Below are positions 12,009 through 25,000 of a stretch of DNA of 45,515 nucleotides, in pieces. The position numbers and the translations under genes are program-made. The stretch covers positions 20,677 to 66,191 of the forward strand of contig MU619347.1 of NCBI GenBank assembly GCA_025201805.1, given 5' to 3'. How positions within the stretch are numbered: position 1 is the first letter of the stretch; each line of letters begins with the position of its first letter. The DNA is from Parasitella parasitica NRRL 2501 (Eukaryota > Fungi > Mucoromycota). The notes under the pieces are model-generated. The model made no database searches. It had not been told where the DNA came from and saw only the letters and a list, made by a program, of their open reading frames with translations.

Positions 12009-13519
12009 TTGCAAATATTAATAAGGCATCAAGTTGTACGTATCCGTCAAATTATGCATTCACACAATAGCAGTTTATCCCTGAATCTAAGTTTAAACCA
12101 GCCATTTCATTTTGTTTTCTCTTTTAATCATATGACTTTTCAAGAATCGTAGCATATTCAAGTAAATAAGAATCTCTATTTTTATAACTTCACAGTATCA
12201 TTTTTACATCTGTTGAGTTAAGTCAGTATATCCAATATCAAAGAAAAGATATACAGTTGAGACTCGTTACAACAAACGGGTTGGTGTACAAAAATAGGTT
12301 TGATATAGTGAGTTGTCCCTTAATCAGAATTTGATGCTCTACAGTACAGTGCCTGGAACCTGGAATCTAATAGAGGCCTATTATGAAGCTTAATTTTTGT
12401 TTGTAAAATTACTCTCAACATCAATCTTTATCACACTATTTTACTTTCCATTATACATGTTTAGCATTAGAATTACAAAAAAAGGAACTTTTGAATTGAC
12501 AATAATCATTATAATAAGCAAAAATGGCGACAGAGCTTCTTTGTCAGCAACTTATGAACTATTCACAAATAGCAAGGGGTTATTACAGCAAAAATTGTTA
12601 TGCGCAGAGAATATATAGATAAAATCTGCTCAAAAAAATATATAACTTTATAAAAATAAAATCAGACACAAAAACCAACGACTTTATTGATAAGAAAATG
12701 CCATCTTTTTATACTGAATTATATCTATTATAACACTATTTGTCATCATGGTTAGACATTGCACTTGGTATGTAATATCAAGCTAATTACATGTTATATT
12801 GTACATTAATAGCTTATTCTTTGTCATTGTATTCATTAACTATTCTCTTCTGCTTCCGACTCGATGGGCCACACTTGTTTGATCATATTACTACAAAAAA
12901 AGGTATACTTGTTGTATCAAAATACTTGCTTCATAGAGCTGTGTCATGTACTAGAATTGATATTGACGTGATACCATCTCCAGATAGATGTTTTTTACAG
13001 CTTAAAAGTAAGAACTTTAGCTTTGTGTGCCATTTTTTGATTGATTTTTATAATCAAAAGTGCCTTGAAAACACCAGAAATAGTATCCATTGAGAAAAAA
13101 CTATATTATATATGATTTTGGTGCAATTTGAGCATGATTTTTTTTTCGATGCAAAATCACGGATTTTTTCAATTTTTTCCTTGTATCCACGCATCCAAAA
13201 TCATGGATTATGCATTACCCTCAATTTGGACCTCAAAAATGCAACTTTTTACTATGACATATATTGGAGGAAAATGATCGTAAAAGACCATTCCATGGTC
13301 TGAAAGACTGGCAATGCGTTTTGATTAAGCAAAACATTGATTTTTTCCACTTAGTCTGTTTTCGAGTTTTTTGGGAAGAATTCTATCCATAAGCATGCGG
13401 GGCATTATAAAGTAATACCATCGTGTAGAGCGTCCAAAAATACAGTTATTATCATAGACTGACAACCATGGTATGCATAGTATCAGCGGATGATATCTTG
13501 CCTCAAAAGAGTAATTTTG

Positions 13520-14571
13520 TTTTTTTTTTTTTTTTTAGGGAAATAATTGTTTATTAATTATTTCATTATTTTACGTCCTGCAACTGTACGCTAAGGCGAA
13601 GGGAGAAGCAAGAACAGGGTAAAGTAGTGCGGGTTCTAAATTTCTAAATGCAGATTTTCTTCGTGCTCAAGATAAGCGAGGGCTTTGTGGATGGAGGAGA
13701 GGACTTGTAGAGGAACAAATGGGATCTCAAGAAAAACGAAACGGTAATGGGCAGTCCATATGGCTTGGAGAACGACCGAGAACACTTGGTATACAGATAG
13801 CGAAGGGAAGGGGACAGAAGTAGTGCGAGTGATGTTTGTGCGAAGAGTTAAAATGTCGTAGTAGTGTAAGAAATTGAAATGGTCGAGAGTTGGATCGATG
13901 TAGTGAACGACAGCCGTGGTCCAAACAAGTATTTTCTGGGGACATGCGTACATAAAATGTTGATTGTTTTCGATGTGTGCTGGATTCCGACGAGAGTTGG
14001 GTTTGTGACAGAGTGGACAGTAAGGATCAAATATGTCTGGTTGAAATCCGTGGAGACGTTGTCGAGAGGATATTTTACGGTGAAGGAAGCGATACCAAGT
14101 GTTGCGAGCGTTGATCGGAATGCGGAGATGCCAAAACTGTTGCCATTTTGATGGAGATAAGATGGAATCTGGGGGAGTGAGAGATTTGGAAGGTAGAGAT
14201 TTGAAACCGGATGTTGTAGGGGAAGAGATTACGAAGGTAAAGGATTCTGTATTAAACTGAGAAGAGAGTTTAGAAAGTAAAAATGAGGAAAGAGGATCGG
14301 TGTTGGGTGGATAGTTGATGGTGGATGGGACCACTCGAGGGATGCGAGGAAGGAAGTTGAAAAGAACGAATTGATGAAAAGAGAGTTGGTTAGCTTGGAG
14401 AAGTTGTATGATTCGTTTGCTGAGAGATCGTTGTGAAAGATGGTCGGTGTCGTTAAATTCGAGATGAAGGTATTCGTTGTTGAAATGAAAAATGTCGAAG
14501 CCACGGAGTTTGCGGATTGTAGGATGTTGGGACAGGATGGTGGTAGAGGTGAGAAAGTTGTCGGGATCTGG
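13520..14571 (-). mobile_element. 5'-truncated L1/Tx1-like LINE with poly(A) tail and target-site duplication
   Basis: Uninterrupted ORF2 C-terminus (13636-14571) with zf-RVT WQQFWHLRIPINARNTWYRFLH..CPLC..ENNQHFMYAC; short 3'UTR; poly(A) seen as a T-run at 13520-13536; TSD aaagagtaattttg at 13506-13519 and 14572-14585. Confidence 0.93.
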
Positions 14572-15792
14572 AAAGAGTAATTTTGTTTTCGAATTATCCA
14601 AATGGAGTTTCTGAAAGAAGTTTTCCTTCCTGATTTTGGACGCATTAAATCTCCGCTATCAAGAAAAATGGTGTTTTTTACAGAAAGCATTAGCTTTGAG
14701 AAGCCATAGCTTACCTGATCCAAAAGAAAAACAAATGAAACTTAATTTATTTAAATAGTGTGCTTTTTGGCTTTCCAATGGTAGTACCTACATGTCTGTA
14801 TTTGGCCTGACGATCTCACGCTCCGATTTTGAAAAATACTTTCCCAAAAAAAGCCAGAAAAGTTGCTACCTTCATCTGATGTCAACTTCAAAAGTATAAA
14901 AAACTTGCTCTTAGCCATGCAAATATGTAATCAAGAAGTGACTTGTATCCTAATGCGTTGTTTTGCATTGCTGTTTTTTGTGTTTGAGATTGCTAAACAT
15001 TTTTCTTACAGTTTTTGTTTTTTTTTCTTACAATAACACACTGAAGTTCGCGTAGACCAAAAAAGAAAAAAAAAATCAGGCGCCTAAAATCTACGCTGGC
15101 TTTACAAAGACACACACTTTTGAACAATTCCAATATTGTGAAAAAGATGGCACAGGTTTGACTAGCTGTTCTACTGCGCAACTGGATATAGAGAACCCAG
15201 CTTGGTACTTGTCAGACAAGACCCTCTACACTAGAAGACGCCAGATCAACTGAAGGTGTAAGAAAGTGCCAGGAAAAAGGAAGCAATCTGCCACCAGGAT
15301 AGCATCTCCATTCATAAAAAATTATCTTTATAGAAATTTACGAGATATCACTAGGTCATCAATGTGTTTATTTTCAACCTTGCTCTCCGTTCCTGAATCC
15401 AATTAAAGGTTTTTGATCCAAAGTCAACAGACACACTTACACCGTACCCAGAATCACAGATGTTTGTCAATAGACAACCGTAACCTTTTTTAAAGACCAC
15501 CTTGAGCTTAAAAATATGATGTAGTTAGCTTGTTTCACAATACACTCTCTTTGTATTTTTACTACGAATGAAACAAAGCAATTATTCTTTTTCTCTAATT
15601 AAAACTTTTTTAGAGAGTGGTCTGCCATAATTATAGATAGGAGATCATGGCAGTGTACTTCAATTGAAGATTGAAGATTGTCCAATGACGTGATGTGATT
15701 TACTTGTGTAAACTGGAGAATAAAGTCTCTGTTTCAAATCATGAAGGTTATTCCTGTAGTAACACATATCTGCAGGATAAAGGTTAAGGCAC

Positions 15793-16009
15793 TGTCAGAT
15801 CAAAGATGGGTAGCCCTTGTTGTATAACCTTACATCGTACCCTGTCAAGTAGATTGTCGCTGTGAATTAGTCTTGTCAATTAGTAATCTAAATAAGTCGC
15901 CCGAACTTTATGTAGTCGTAAAAGGTATAAATAGCAGATGCAATTTCCATCTTAAATAAAATATCTTTTATTTTTCGTATCTCGTTAACCTCTGGTTTTA
16001 TTTTTTATA
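15793..16009 (+). mobile_element. Possible solo-LTR fragment
   Basis: Starts TGTCA, contains TATAAATAG then AATAAA, and abuts the broken end of a LINE fragment. No matching TSD and no clean CA end. Confidence 0.3.
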
Positions 16010-16813
16010 CCCAACGAGACCAGTTTGTTGTTCAAGCGACAAACGACGATGGATATCCCGAGTTGTGTCTGAGGACAGCAGAATGGTTGCAGCGGGTGGG
16101 TCAGGGTCAGAGGGAACGTAGAGTTGATTATAGGTCCAATGGATGACCTCGACTTGCTCGTCGTGAGACGTCGTGAGGGCACCGGTTTCCTCGATGTGCA
16201 AAGGAGGGATCTCGCACTGGAACCCACGGACATCAGCCATACACTTGAAAACTCCTGCAGACTTCTCGTTGTTCTCTTGCCAATATTTAACTGCTTTCAA
16301 GACATCAATTTTTGCTTGTTCTTGCTGAAGCTTCCAATGAGGGCAGGAGCAGCGATACAATCCCAGTGTTCTTGTAATCTCTGTAATATCTCAGGATCCG
16401 GTTGCACTTTAATTGTAGCTTATGGTCAGTCCAATTATAGGGCATATACGTCTGCTGGATGCTCTTAACAGAGAGATGGGTGCTGGCAGAGCAGTAAATG
16501 TATTCAATGGTTTAACGGGAGCCGATGTTGCTCCAAAAGTAGGCTGTTTGGCGTCCTTAAAGCAATAAACAAAATGCGACCGAAGAAAGGACAGTCGTTT
16601 AGGGAACAATCTCTGGATTGTATCGTTGATAGTGTCATAGTTGAAATCACCTAATATGAAGATAAAAACATCCAAGGTTGTAAGTTGGTCAGTAAGGAGC
16701 GTATGTATAACGAGCTTCTCGAAGAATTGACGACGAGGGGCTCGGTGCGCTGGAGCATATGCGCCAAGAATAAAGGTTATTTTGCAAAATACTGGTGAAG
16801 ATGTACAGGCCAT
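16010..16813 (-). mobile_element. Degenerate LINE ORF2 N-terminal fragment (APE endonuclease)
   Basis: ILGAYAPAHRAPRRQFF..ILGDFNY..QPTF, followed by WQENNEKSAG..YNQLY..DP linker motifs; frameshifted. Confidence 0.82.
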
Positions 16814-16832
16814 TGAAATAAATCAACGTCAA

Positions 16833-16877
<45 letters not shown>

Positions 16878-17540
16878 AGAATAAAGAACAAGTAGGGATA
16901 ATATTCTACCGAGAGAAAGGTGAAAATAACCTAATGAGTTAATTATTATAGTCTGTTATCTCTTCTTCCTCAATCTCAACCTCAACTTCGTCTAGAAAAA
17001 GGCTAGTAAGAGATTTGGCCAGTGAGAAAGTCAAATTGTTAAAGGTAAGATATTATAACTAAATTTCTTGACTGAATACTAAATTGTACCTGTAAGTATC
17101 AGCCAAGGACTCAATCAAGATCGCTGGAATTAAAGGAACCTAGGTTCCCGTTTATTGGAGTTAGGAGAAACTATCAGAGATCTAAGGCATTATTAGATAA
17201 TCATGGACAGATAGATAAGAGAGGATATGCAGCTAGGTTTATTTGGACAAGGAAAAAGGGGGATTAGATAAGAAAGGTTGCTAAAGGAATGTGATGAGGA
17301 GATCTGACGAAGAAAAACTCTTCTTGATGGTCAAAATGGCTTCTATTTATACTTTTGCGAGCTATCTAGTTCACTGAAATATGAACTAGAATCTATCCAA
17401 TAAAGTAGATCAATTAGGTGATTATCTAGTGTGGATCAACAAAGTGATAATTATATCTTGGATCAGTTAGGCTTCCCTAACGTACAATATATTCCAGGAA
17501 GTTGCTCTAACGTTTCGGTTCTAATTAGTTTCTCAAAACA
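16814..17540 (-). mobile_element. LTR-like non-coding insert between two LINE fragments
   Basis: Bounded by TG (16814) and CA (17540), minus-strand TATAAATAG near 17342-17350, interrupts LINE homology on both sides. Flanking 5-mers differ. Confidence 0.35.
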
Positions 17541-17543
17541 ATT

Positions 17544-18774
17544 TTGATATTTCGCACATCTGGACCACTGCTGATGCCGAAGCTATCACATATCTTGGTT
17601 ACCCTTTGGTGCAATCCATTCAACAGAGACAATCCTTCTTCACTACTTTCATTCGCAATCTGCGCCTTGCCACAGACTTCCACTCTAGACGTGCTATCTC
17701 CTTATATGGTCGTGCTACCATTGTCAACTCGCTCATAGCCTCCAAGTGTTGGTCTATTCTCAGTGTCTTATCGGTTCCTCAAGCATTTCTCAACAACATT
17801 CGTTCAGTCATTATTTCCTTCATCAACACCAACATTACACCTGTTCTCAGTTGAGATCTTATGGTCACTACAAAACCGAGCGGTGGTCTTGGTGTCATCG
17901 ATATTTATGCACAACAGAAAGCTCTATACTATCGTTGGCTAGATCCTGTTCTTTTTGATCGCCCACATCCACCTGCTATTTCAAACTATGTGCGCGTTCA
18001 AATTCAGTATCAATTAGAAACTGAAGTTCTAGACATTGGTCTGCTGTTCCCAGTTGCTCGTTCTACGACTCCGTTTGGCGCTCTCACCTCCACAACCACG
18101 ATGCTCTTTCGAACAATGGATGCTATTCCACGGGTATTTTTTCTCCTCAAGATCGCAATTCTATTGAATGCCTCTTGCTCCCAATCTCTACTGTCATAGC
18201 GTCCACAACTGCCAGCTACAAACTCTCTCCCAAGCTGAAGGCCTTAAAGATCAGCGACATTTTTGAATTGCAGGTAATAACTGGGCTATTTCTAACACCC
18301 ACACCCATCGACCGAATACCTTGCGATCTTAAAATTGTCACCAGAAAGCTGTACAATGCACTGGCCCGGGCAGACTGTTTGTTTGCTCCTTTCTTTCGAG
18401 CTTGTCTTTAGTCTTCTTCTCTTAATCTTTACAACCAAGATGATCTTCCTCATATTCAAGCCATGTGAATTTTGCTTCCTTCCGCAAACATCTCGCCATC
18501 CAACCACACAATGATAATTTCGCGTTTAATCATGGAAGAACTCGGAGCTTCCGCACGATGGTTATTGAAGCTACAACACGCCGTTTGCCTACTACACAGG
18601 TTACATATTCTCTCCTCTGGAAACAGTTTTGGGCGCTTTTTTCTTAATCACACATAACGGAATGTCGTCTACAGACTCATACAAGGAAAAATTCCCCACC
18701 AAACTATTCCACTATCATTGTAACCCAGCCAACGATCCCCATTGCGCCCTTTGCCTCACAACGATGGAATCGAC
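17544..18774 (+). mobile_element. Degenerate LINE ORF2 C-terminal fragment (post-RT region plus zf-RVT)
   Basis: YLGYPL..SLYGRATIVNSLIASKCW..GGLGVIDI..WKQFWAL..RNVVYRLIQGKIP..CALC; multiple stops and frameshifts. Confidence 0.85.
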
Positions 18775-19100
18775 TGTATCATGGCAACACATTTAGCATA
18801 TCTGTCAAATGTACCATATTAAATACCCATGATAACCACAAAAATTAAGTTCTATAACCTATACCCATTTTATCCATGAGGAGTGTTGCCTAGAGCAACG
18901 AAGGACAGTAGATTGATCATCTGTATCTGACTAAGTTGCCATTAGCAGAAGTGAGGATTGACACTATATCATAGTACGAGAATACATTTCGAGACATTCT
19001 GTGTAAGCAATTCTTAAATCAGTATATAAATAGTAGGGGACATACAACCATGTAAAACAGTTTTTGATTTTTTTTTTAAAGTTATAATATGCGTTATTAA
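18775..19100 (+). mobile_element. Possible LTR fragment truncating the LINE
   Basis: LINE homology stops abruptly at TGTATCATGG; TATAAATAG near 19025; right end undefined. Confidence 0.3.
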
Positions 19101-19193
19101 TATTAGGCGTAGAATTTAGATAAATCTATCGCATCTCTTTTCTTTAAAAGTTAATGTTATTTAGGAGATATTATTATGTACATACAATTTAAA

Positions 19194-20604
19194 TTATCGA
19201 TGAATAGTTACTGTATTATACAAAATGGCATTACTAAGTCTAGTTTATATGAGTTTAGTAACTGTAACTTACCTGAATTAAATGATACAAAAGGGTCGTC
19301 ATCTTCATCTGTGACAGGAGGAGTGTTTGGAGCTATCTCTTGTTTGTTGTTATTATTATCAGCAAGCAAGTCAAAACTGACACTCTCTTTAAGACGATTG
19401 AAATGAATTGCGCGGATGGGGTTATCTTTGTTCGGTATAATGGGTGGTTTCATGTTGCGTAATAATGCAAAATTAATGGACTTGAAAAAGGAATGAGATT
19501 TGACCTCACTTGCGCCAGCGCGAGCTCCTAAACGTTTTCTTTCACTCTTACAAAGCAGTTGCTTGATGAAAGATTTGCAGTTACTGGATAATCCAGGACC
19601 ACGATAATACGGATTATTTGAGTAATCGGGAAATTCAATTGATTGGTTCAAAATGAGCTCAAACGTGTCATCTCGAGTTGGTCCTTTGAAAGGTGTATAA
19701 CCGCACTACAATTATTCAGGTTAATTCATCGACTAGTATTCAGCAGGTATATTTCTTTGATATTTTACAATCATTTCATATACTAGAATGCCCAATGTCC
19801 ACCAATCGACAGTGCTTGTGTGGCCACTTCCTCTTATCACTTCCGGTGCTAAATATTCTGTAATGTACGTACAGATACATTCAAATTAGCTCAAATGCAG
19901 TGTTTGAACAATGAAATAGTATACCTTCGGTTCCAACAAACGAATTTGTTCTCAGATTCATGCACGACCTTGTATCGAACAGAGGTTGTTTCTTCATCAT
20001 CATACAATTCAATGAGTTTGCAATTTGCGACGATTTACTTGCTTCTTACCGAAAATGGGGAATTGGGTCGTACAAGGGTTGGTGGAGCTGCAGAAGGTGA
20101 TTGTATAGATAGATCGAAATCTGATAACATCAAATGGCCAGATTCATGTAGCAAAATGTCTACCTTTGCATTTAGTATTTTGGTCTGGGCAATGAAATGT
20201 AACGAGGGCTTACTTTCTGGTTTCAAATCTCGAAATACAATGCCCATAAAGTGCAGGTATTCTAATGCTGCCACGACTTCAGCGGCATAAAACTTGGCTT
20301 CCTTTTCTTTTAATATTCTGCCGGGTCTGTTTTGGAGCGCTTTCGGTAAATGATCAGAATCCATTTTTCTTTTTTCGATTAATCGGAAATTCATACCTCG
20401 AAAAAACTCGCCACCAACGCAAAATTCCATGCAGAAATACAAATGTTGATTGCTTTGAAATGAGTGGTAGAGAGGTACGATAAAAGGATGATTTGCAGTT
20501 GATAATATAGCCTGCTCTGCCAAAGCTCGCTTGATTTTGTTTCTTTTAATCATTTCCTTTTTCGACAAGACTATGCATATATTAATTGAATTTGAAGGCG
20601 TGAG

Positions 20605-20658
<54 letters not shown>

Positions 20659-21112
20659 GCGCAAGAGATGTATTTCTTGTCTATAACGGCATACCTTTCA
20701 AAGCATATAGTTTTTTGGTTCCCTTGTGTTTAACAAGATAGACTTTCCCAACGTCACCTTTACCCAACAATCGAACTTTTTCAAAATCAGTTGGACCTAC
20801 TTGCACTGTGTCTTTGTGAAGTGAATAAGAAGATCTGAGCGATGGTCTTGGAGACGTTGGTGTCGAGTGTACTTGGTGTGGAGATGGTGACAGTGGGGCT
20901 GGTTCATCTAACGTGGAATGACTTGAACAGCTGCTGATGGTGCTCCTGTTAAAGAAGTCTGCTGTATCCGGAACTGATGCGACTCGTCTGAGCACATTAC
21001 TGTGTTCAACAGATGATATGGCGTCTAATGCTCTGTTGCTCAGTTTAACTTTGGCTTGAAATAGCTTATCTGGTTGGTAACAAGGTGCTGGCGAAGAGGG
21101 AAGAGAAGACAT
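19194..21112 (-). CDS. nrc-2: AGC Ser/Thr kinase, nrc-2/Fpk1/Kin82 (flippase kinase) type
   Basis: [56 protein letters not shown] (family-typical DFD), [29 protein letters not shown]|VTIHR*; multi-exon. Confidence 0.92.
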
Positions 21113-21229
21113 GCTGAAAATGTAGGATGGGTTAAAAAGAAGAAGAAGAGGAAAAATTTATTTATTTCACTACCACTAGTAACAACAATTTGGAGTGTGG
21201 TTGCATTTGTTATGTGATTGGTTCTCCAT

Positions 21230-21792
21230 TCATTCATCGTCTTGTTGGAACGATAGCAGCGATGTTGGTTTTGATTTCGATTTGATTGTTTTCTTTTTCT
21301 TCTTTGATGAGGGCTTGTCAGATTTCTTGATCTCTTCGTCTATAATGGATTGCAATTTACGTTTTGACGATATTTGTTTTTGTTTACGAAATAACAACCG
21401 CCCATTCTCATCAACGGCTGGTTCTTCGGGCTCTTTTGCCTCCCCTTTTTTTGCCTCATCCTCATCCTCATCCTCATCTTCGTCCCCATCTTCTTCCTCA
21501 TTCTCTTGCCTTTTGAATATTTCTGCAATAATTGATTTTAATTACAATGGTCGATCGTTTCTTTATATGGTCATTTACCTCTTCCTTTGGAATCTAGTTC
21601 TACAACTTGTGCACCGTCCAACTCGTCATAATCATCATCATCTTGGCCATCCTCATAATTTTCGAATTTCCTGGCAGCTCTTTCCTTTTCTTGGCTTTTG
21701 CTTTTCAAACGTGCCAGAAATGGTGCTTCCTTTTGGACATAACTTAAGCTGTTTGACAATTGCTTGGGTGTAAGATTCCGTTTTGGAGGCAT
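21230..21792 (-). CDS. Small charged protein, DUF4604/KIAA1143-like
   Basis: Two exons (intron 21523-21578): LSYVQKEAPFLARLK..DGAQVVEL..GRLLFRK..SLLSFQQDDE*. Confidence 0.78.
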
Positions 21793-22035
21793 ATCTAAAT
21801 GGAGAAATTTATTCGTTCATGTAAAGTTACGTTGTTGTGTCCTAAATTGTGGAAACGTTATTAGTCACGCACGACTGTTTAAATCAATGCAAACTGCCTT
21901 GATCTGGCTCGTTTAATACCGTACAGATTCCTCTTGAAGCGCATGGAGGTTCCAGAGTTTAACAGAGCACAGCAATATTTTCAAATGCTAAGCATCTCAA
22001 ATATGGCATGATGCTTTAAATCTGATGAAAATTTA

Positions 22036-25000
22036 TTAAACAGAACAATACTTGAGCATTAGAATTTGAGCTAAACTCATTGAACCACTTGTAATATAAA
22101 TAAGGTGTAAATTATAAGCAGCTTCCGATTTAAGATCGTACTCGTCGTCCAGCTGTTGCTCCAACTCCTCTTCCTCTTTTTCTGTTATGGGCCACTTGTA
22201 TACATTTTCAACTGGTCTTGTGCAAGTACGGCTATCTTCGTTTCTTTTCATTAAAAGTGCCTTTTCATAATGGGGCACTGCTAAATGAGTCAACCCCAGC
22301 AAGTGAAATGCACGACCAATGTTATATTCGGCTTCTTGATTATGATTTGTTAATTTAGCATATTCAAATACAAACATCATTCCCTAAACTTTACATTAGT
22401 TCAATAGAATAGCGATAACGGAGAGTAGCATATATCCTTTGTATTTACCTGCATAATTTGTAAATGTCTGTTATCGGATATACGTTGAACAGCTGTATGC
22501 AGTAGAGCCAAGCCAAGACATAAAGTATTCAGACGATCTTTGGGCGCAATGGCATAGGATCTCATAAAAAACACTATCGAGTACAATTAGATAAAAGACC
22601 CACCAAGAAAACTTGAAACAAGGAACTCACAAGAAGCACCAAGTGGATTCTTGGATGCGCTCATTAGATTTCCAAATAATGTCAACAGCACTGGATTCAC
22701 ATGGTTTGGAGATGAAATACCCATTTTATCAACTGCTTTTTCTGTGCTGGTGATGTTCCCGGTTGGTATATCGTAAAAGCGGTCGTAGTTTTGTTCGTTT
22801 AAAGTAGAATTATCTACATTCATGGATAGAATAGCATCATTGAGCTCCCTAATTTCTTCCAGAATGGCAGCATCAGTCTGAGAGCTTTCGTTTTGCTTGC
22901 GTTTGCTTGCTACAAGCGCATCCATAAGACGAATATTTCTCATCAGATATTTGAGCTGCGGCTGAGAGGCATAAACATTACTCTGTTTATTGCCTAGGTG
23001 AATCACAGCGATGTACAATCTGTAAGGGTCGTTTTGGAATTGAAAAAAGTTACACAGCCAGCGAGCACCAAACTGAATAATGGCTTCGTGTCTACCGATT
23101 ATACCACAGCCAATCATGGCTAGCCTCAGGGAAACCTTTTTCTTGTTATCAAAGTAAAATACATTGGCCACTGCTGCTTTCTTGAGTATCTCAAAAGCAC
23201 TTTCTACACGTCTTGTAAAGGCCAAAATATAGGCATATCGAATAAAAACAAAGAGCCATTTGTCAAAAGAAACGCCACGGAATTGAGTTGCTTGGACAAG
23301 ACGTCTGTTCTTTTCCTCGTCTTCTTTGTGCGCCTCCTCTTCCTCTTCATCCATTTCTTCCAAAGGCGCCTCTGCTTCTACAGTGGACCCATCTTCAGTT
23401 TTAATCTTGACTTTCCTCAGACGACTGGCCATACTATGAGCCTCCATGTTGATACTGCGACCGTGGGTCATAGTTCGTTTTCCTCTTCTGAGAGCATAAA
23501 AGCCTGTATATTTTACAGATCTATGGGCCGGAAAGAACGCAGAAACAGTAATAAAATCCTCCCAAACTTCTTGGGCATTTCGCATATAGTCGCGCATTAA
23601 CGTTCTATCCGCATCCTTTAGGTTGGGTCCAATCTGCTTATCAAGCTCGTCTAGTTTCTGGAACATCTTCATTATGGAGTATGATTTTTCTTCGTCTCTG
23701 CGCAAATCATCTTGTTTGCGTTGTCGAGCAGCTTCGGTTTTCGTCAGAGTATTGGTTTCGTCAAAGAGAGAGCCTTGCTTGGATTTCTTCTGACGACTCT
23801 CTTTCATCTGCTTCACTCTATCCATGGCTGTTGCCGAGGATTCGCCACCGTCATCTAAATCTAATTTCTTTTGCTTTCGAGCGTTCCGGTTCTGCTGCAT
23901 CACTAGGAGACGACGCTTTAGCTTGATTGCTGCTGCTATATTCGCTAACAACAACAACAACAAAAAAAATTACCATAGTCAACTAATTGTAAAGCCTCAT
24001 CTTCTTTGCCCTGCTCTTCGTACACAGTGGCTAGAGACATTAAAACATCCACATTGTCATTTTGTTCCTCCAGGACTAAGCGCTGTCATTTAGCATAAGA
24101 ATGAATAACGGACCGGGTGTGATATTATCCTACCACTCTTGTAAAACTGGGCAGCAGTTTCCAAGTCGCCTATTTCTCTAAAGCAATCACCAGTCTTGAT
24201 AATCAAATCTGGTTGAATTTCCTAGTCAAACAATGTCAGTTCATGGAAATATCTACCGCCGCGAGTGTATGTTTCCCACGTACATCTGAGACATCGATAA
24301 TTCTTTGAAACACCTGCAAAGCTAGCTCGTAGTGTCTTTTATCATAGTAAGCGTATGCGATATCCTGGTGAAGGTCGGGATAAGTGGTGGCAGGATATTG
24401 AAGCAAGTATTTAAAGTGCTCCTATAAAGAGAGCCTATCTTTTTAGATCCAAAACTGGCCAGAAATACACGATACACTTACTGTGCCTAATCTGACTTGA
24501 TTCAAATATACTCGACAAACACCCATCCTTACTCGTAGTTCAATTGGAAACTCTGATCTAGATTCATCCTTTTCAAGATATTCATCATCATCATCACGAT
24601 CCACCCACCACGTTTCGTTTTGACGCTTTTGCACTAGTCGCAAACCTGTCTTGATGGTATTTAATGCTTTTTTATAGTCGTTCAAAATCAGGTACAATTC
24701 GCTCAACATGTTAATTTCTGAATATCCCAACTTGTTTTTGAATCCGTCCTCTTCTCCCTCCTCGTCGTCTTCGTCCTCGTCGTCGTCTTCATCGTCATTA
24801 TGGTTTGAATGCCAAACGATGGCGTGTTCGTACATTTGAATGGCTTCTATGGTTCTGCCCTGACTACGGTATAACTGTGCCAATTCGTTGATTACCTTGA
24901 AATGGTGGGGGTAAAAATCCAGAATGCTTTTGAATCCTTCTATAGCCTTTCTGGTTTGGTCCAGCTGTTTGTAGAGAAAAGCTCGATCCCAAAGAGCATC

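Noticed and set aside
18775-19288. TGTATCAT...ATGATACA inverted pair as LTR termini
   Set aside because: The right copy lies inside conserved kinase coding sequence (DPFVSFNS), so the match is coincidental.
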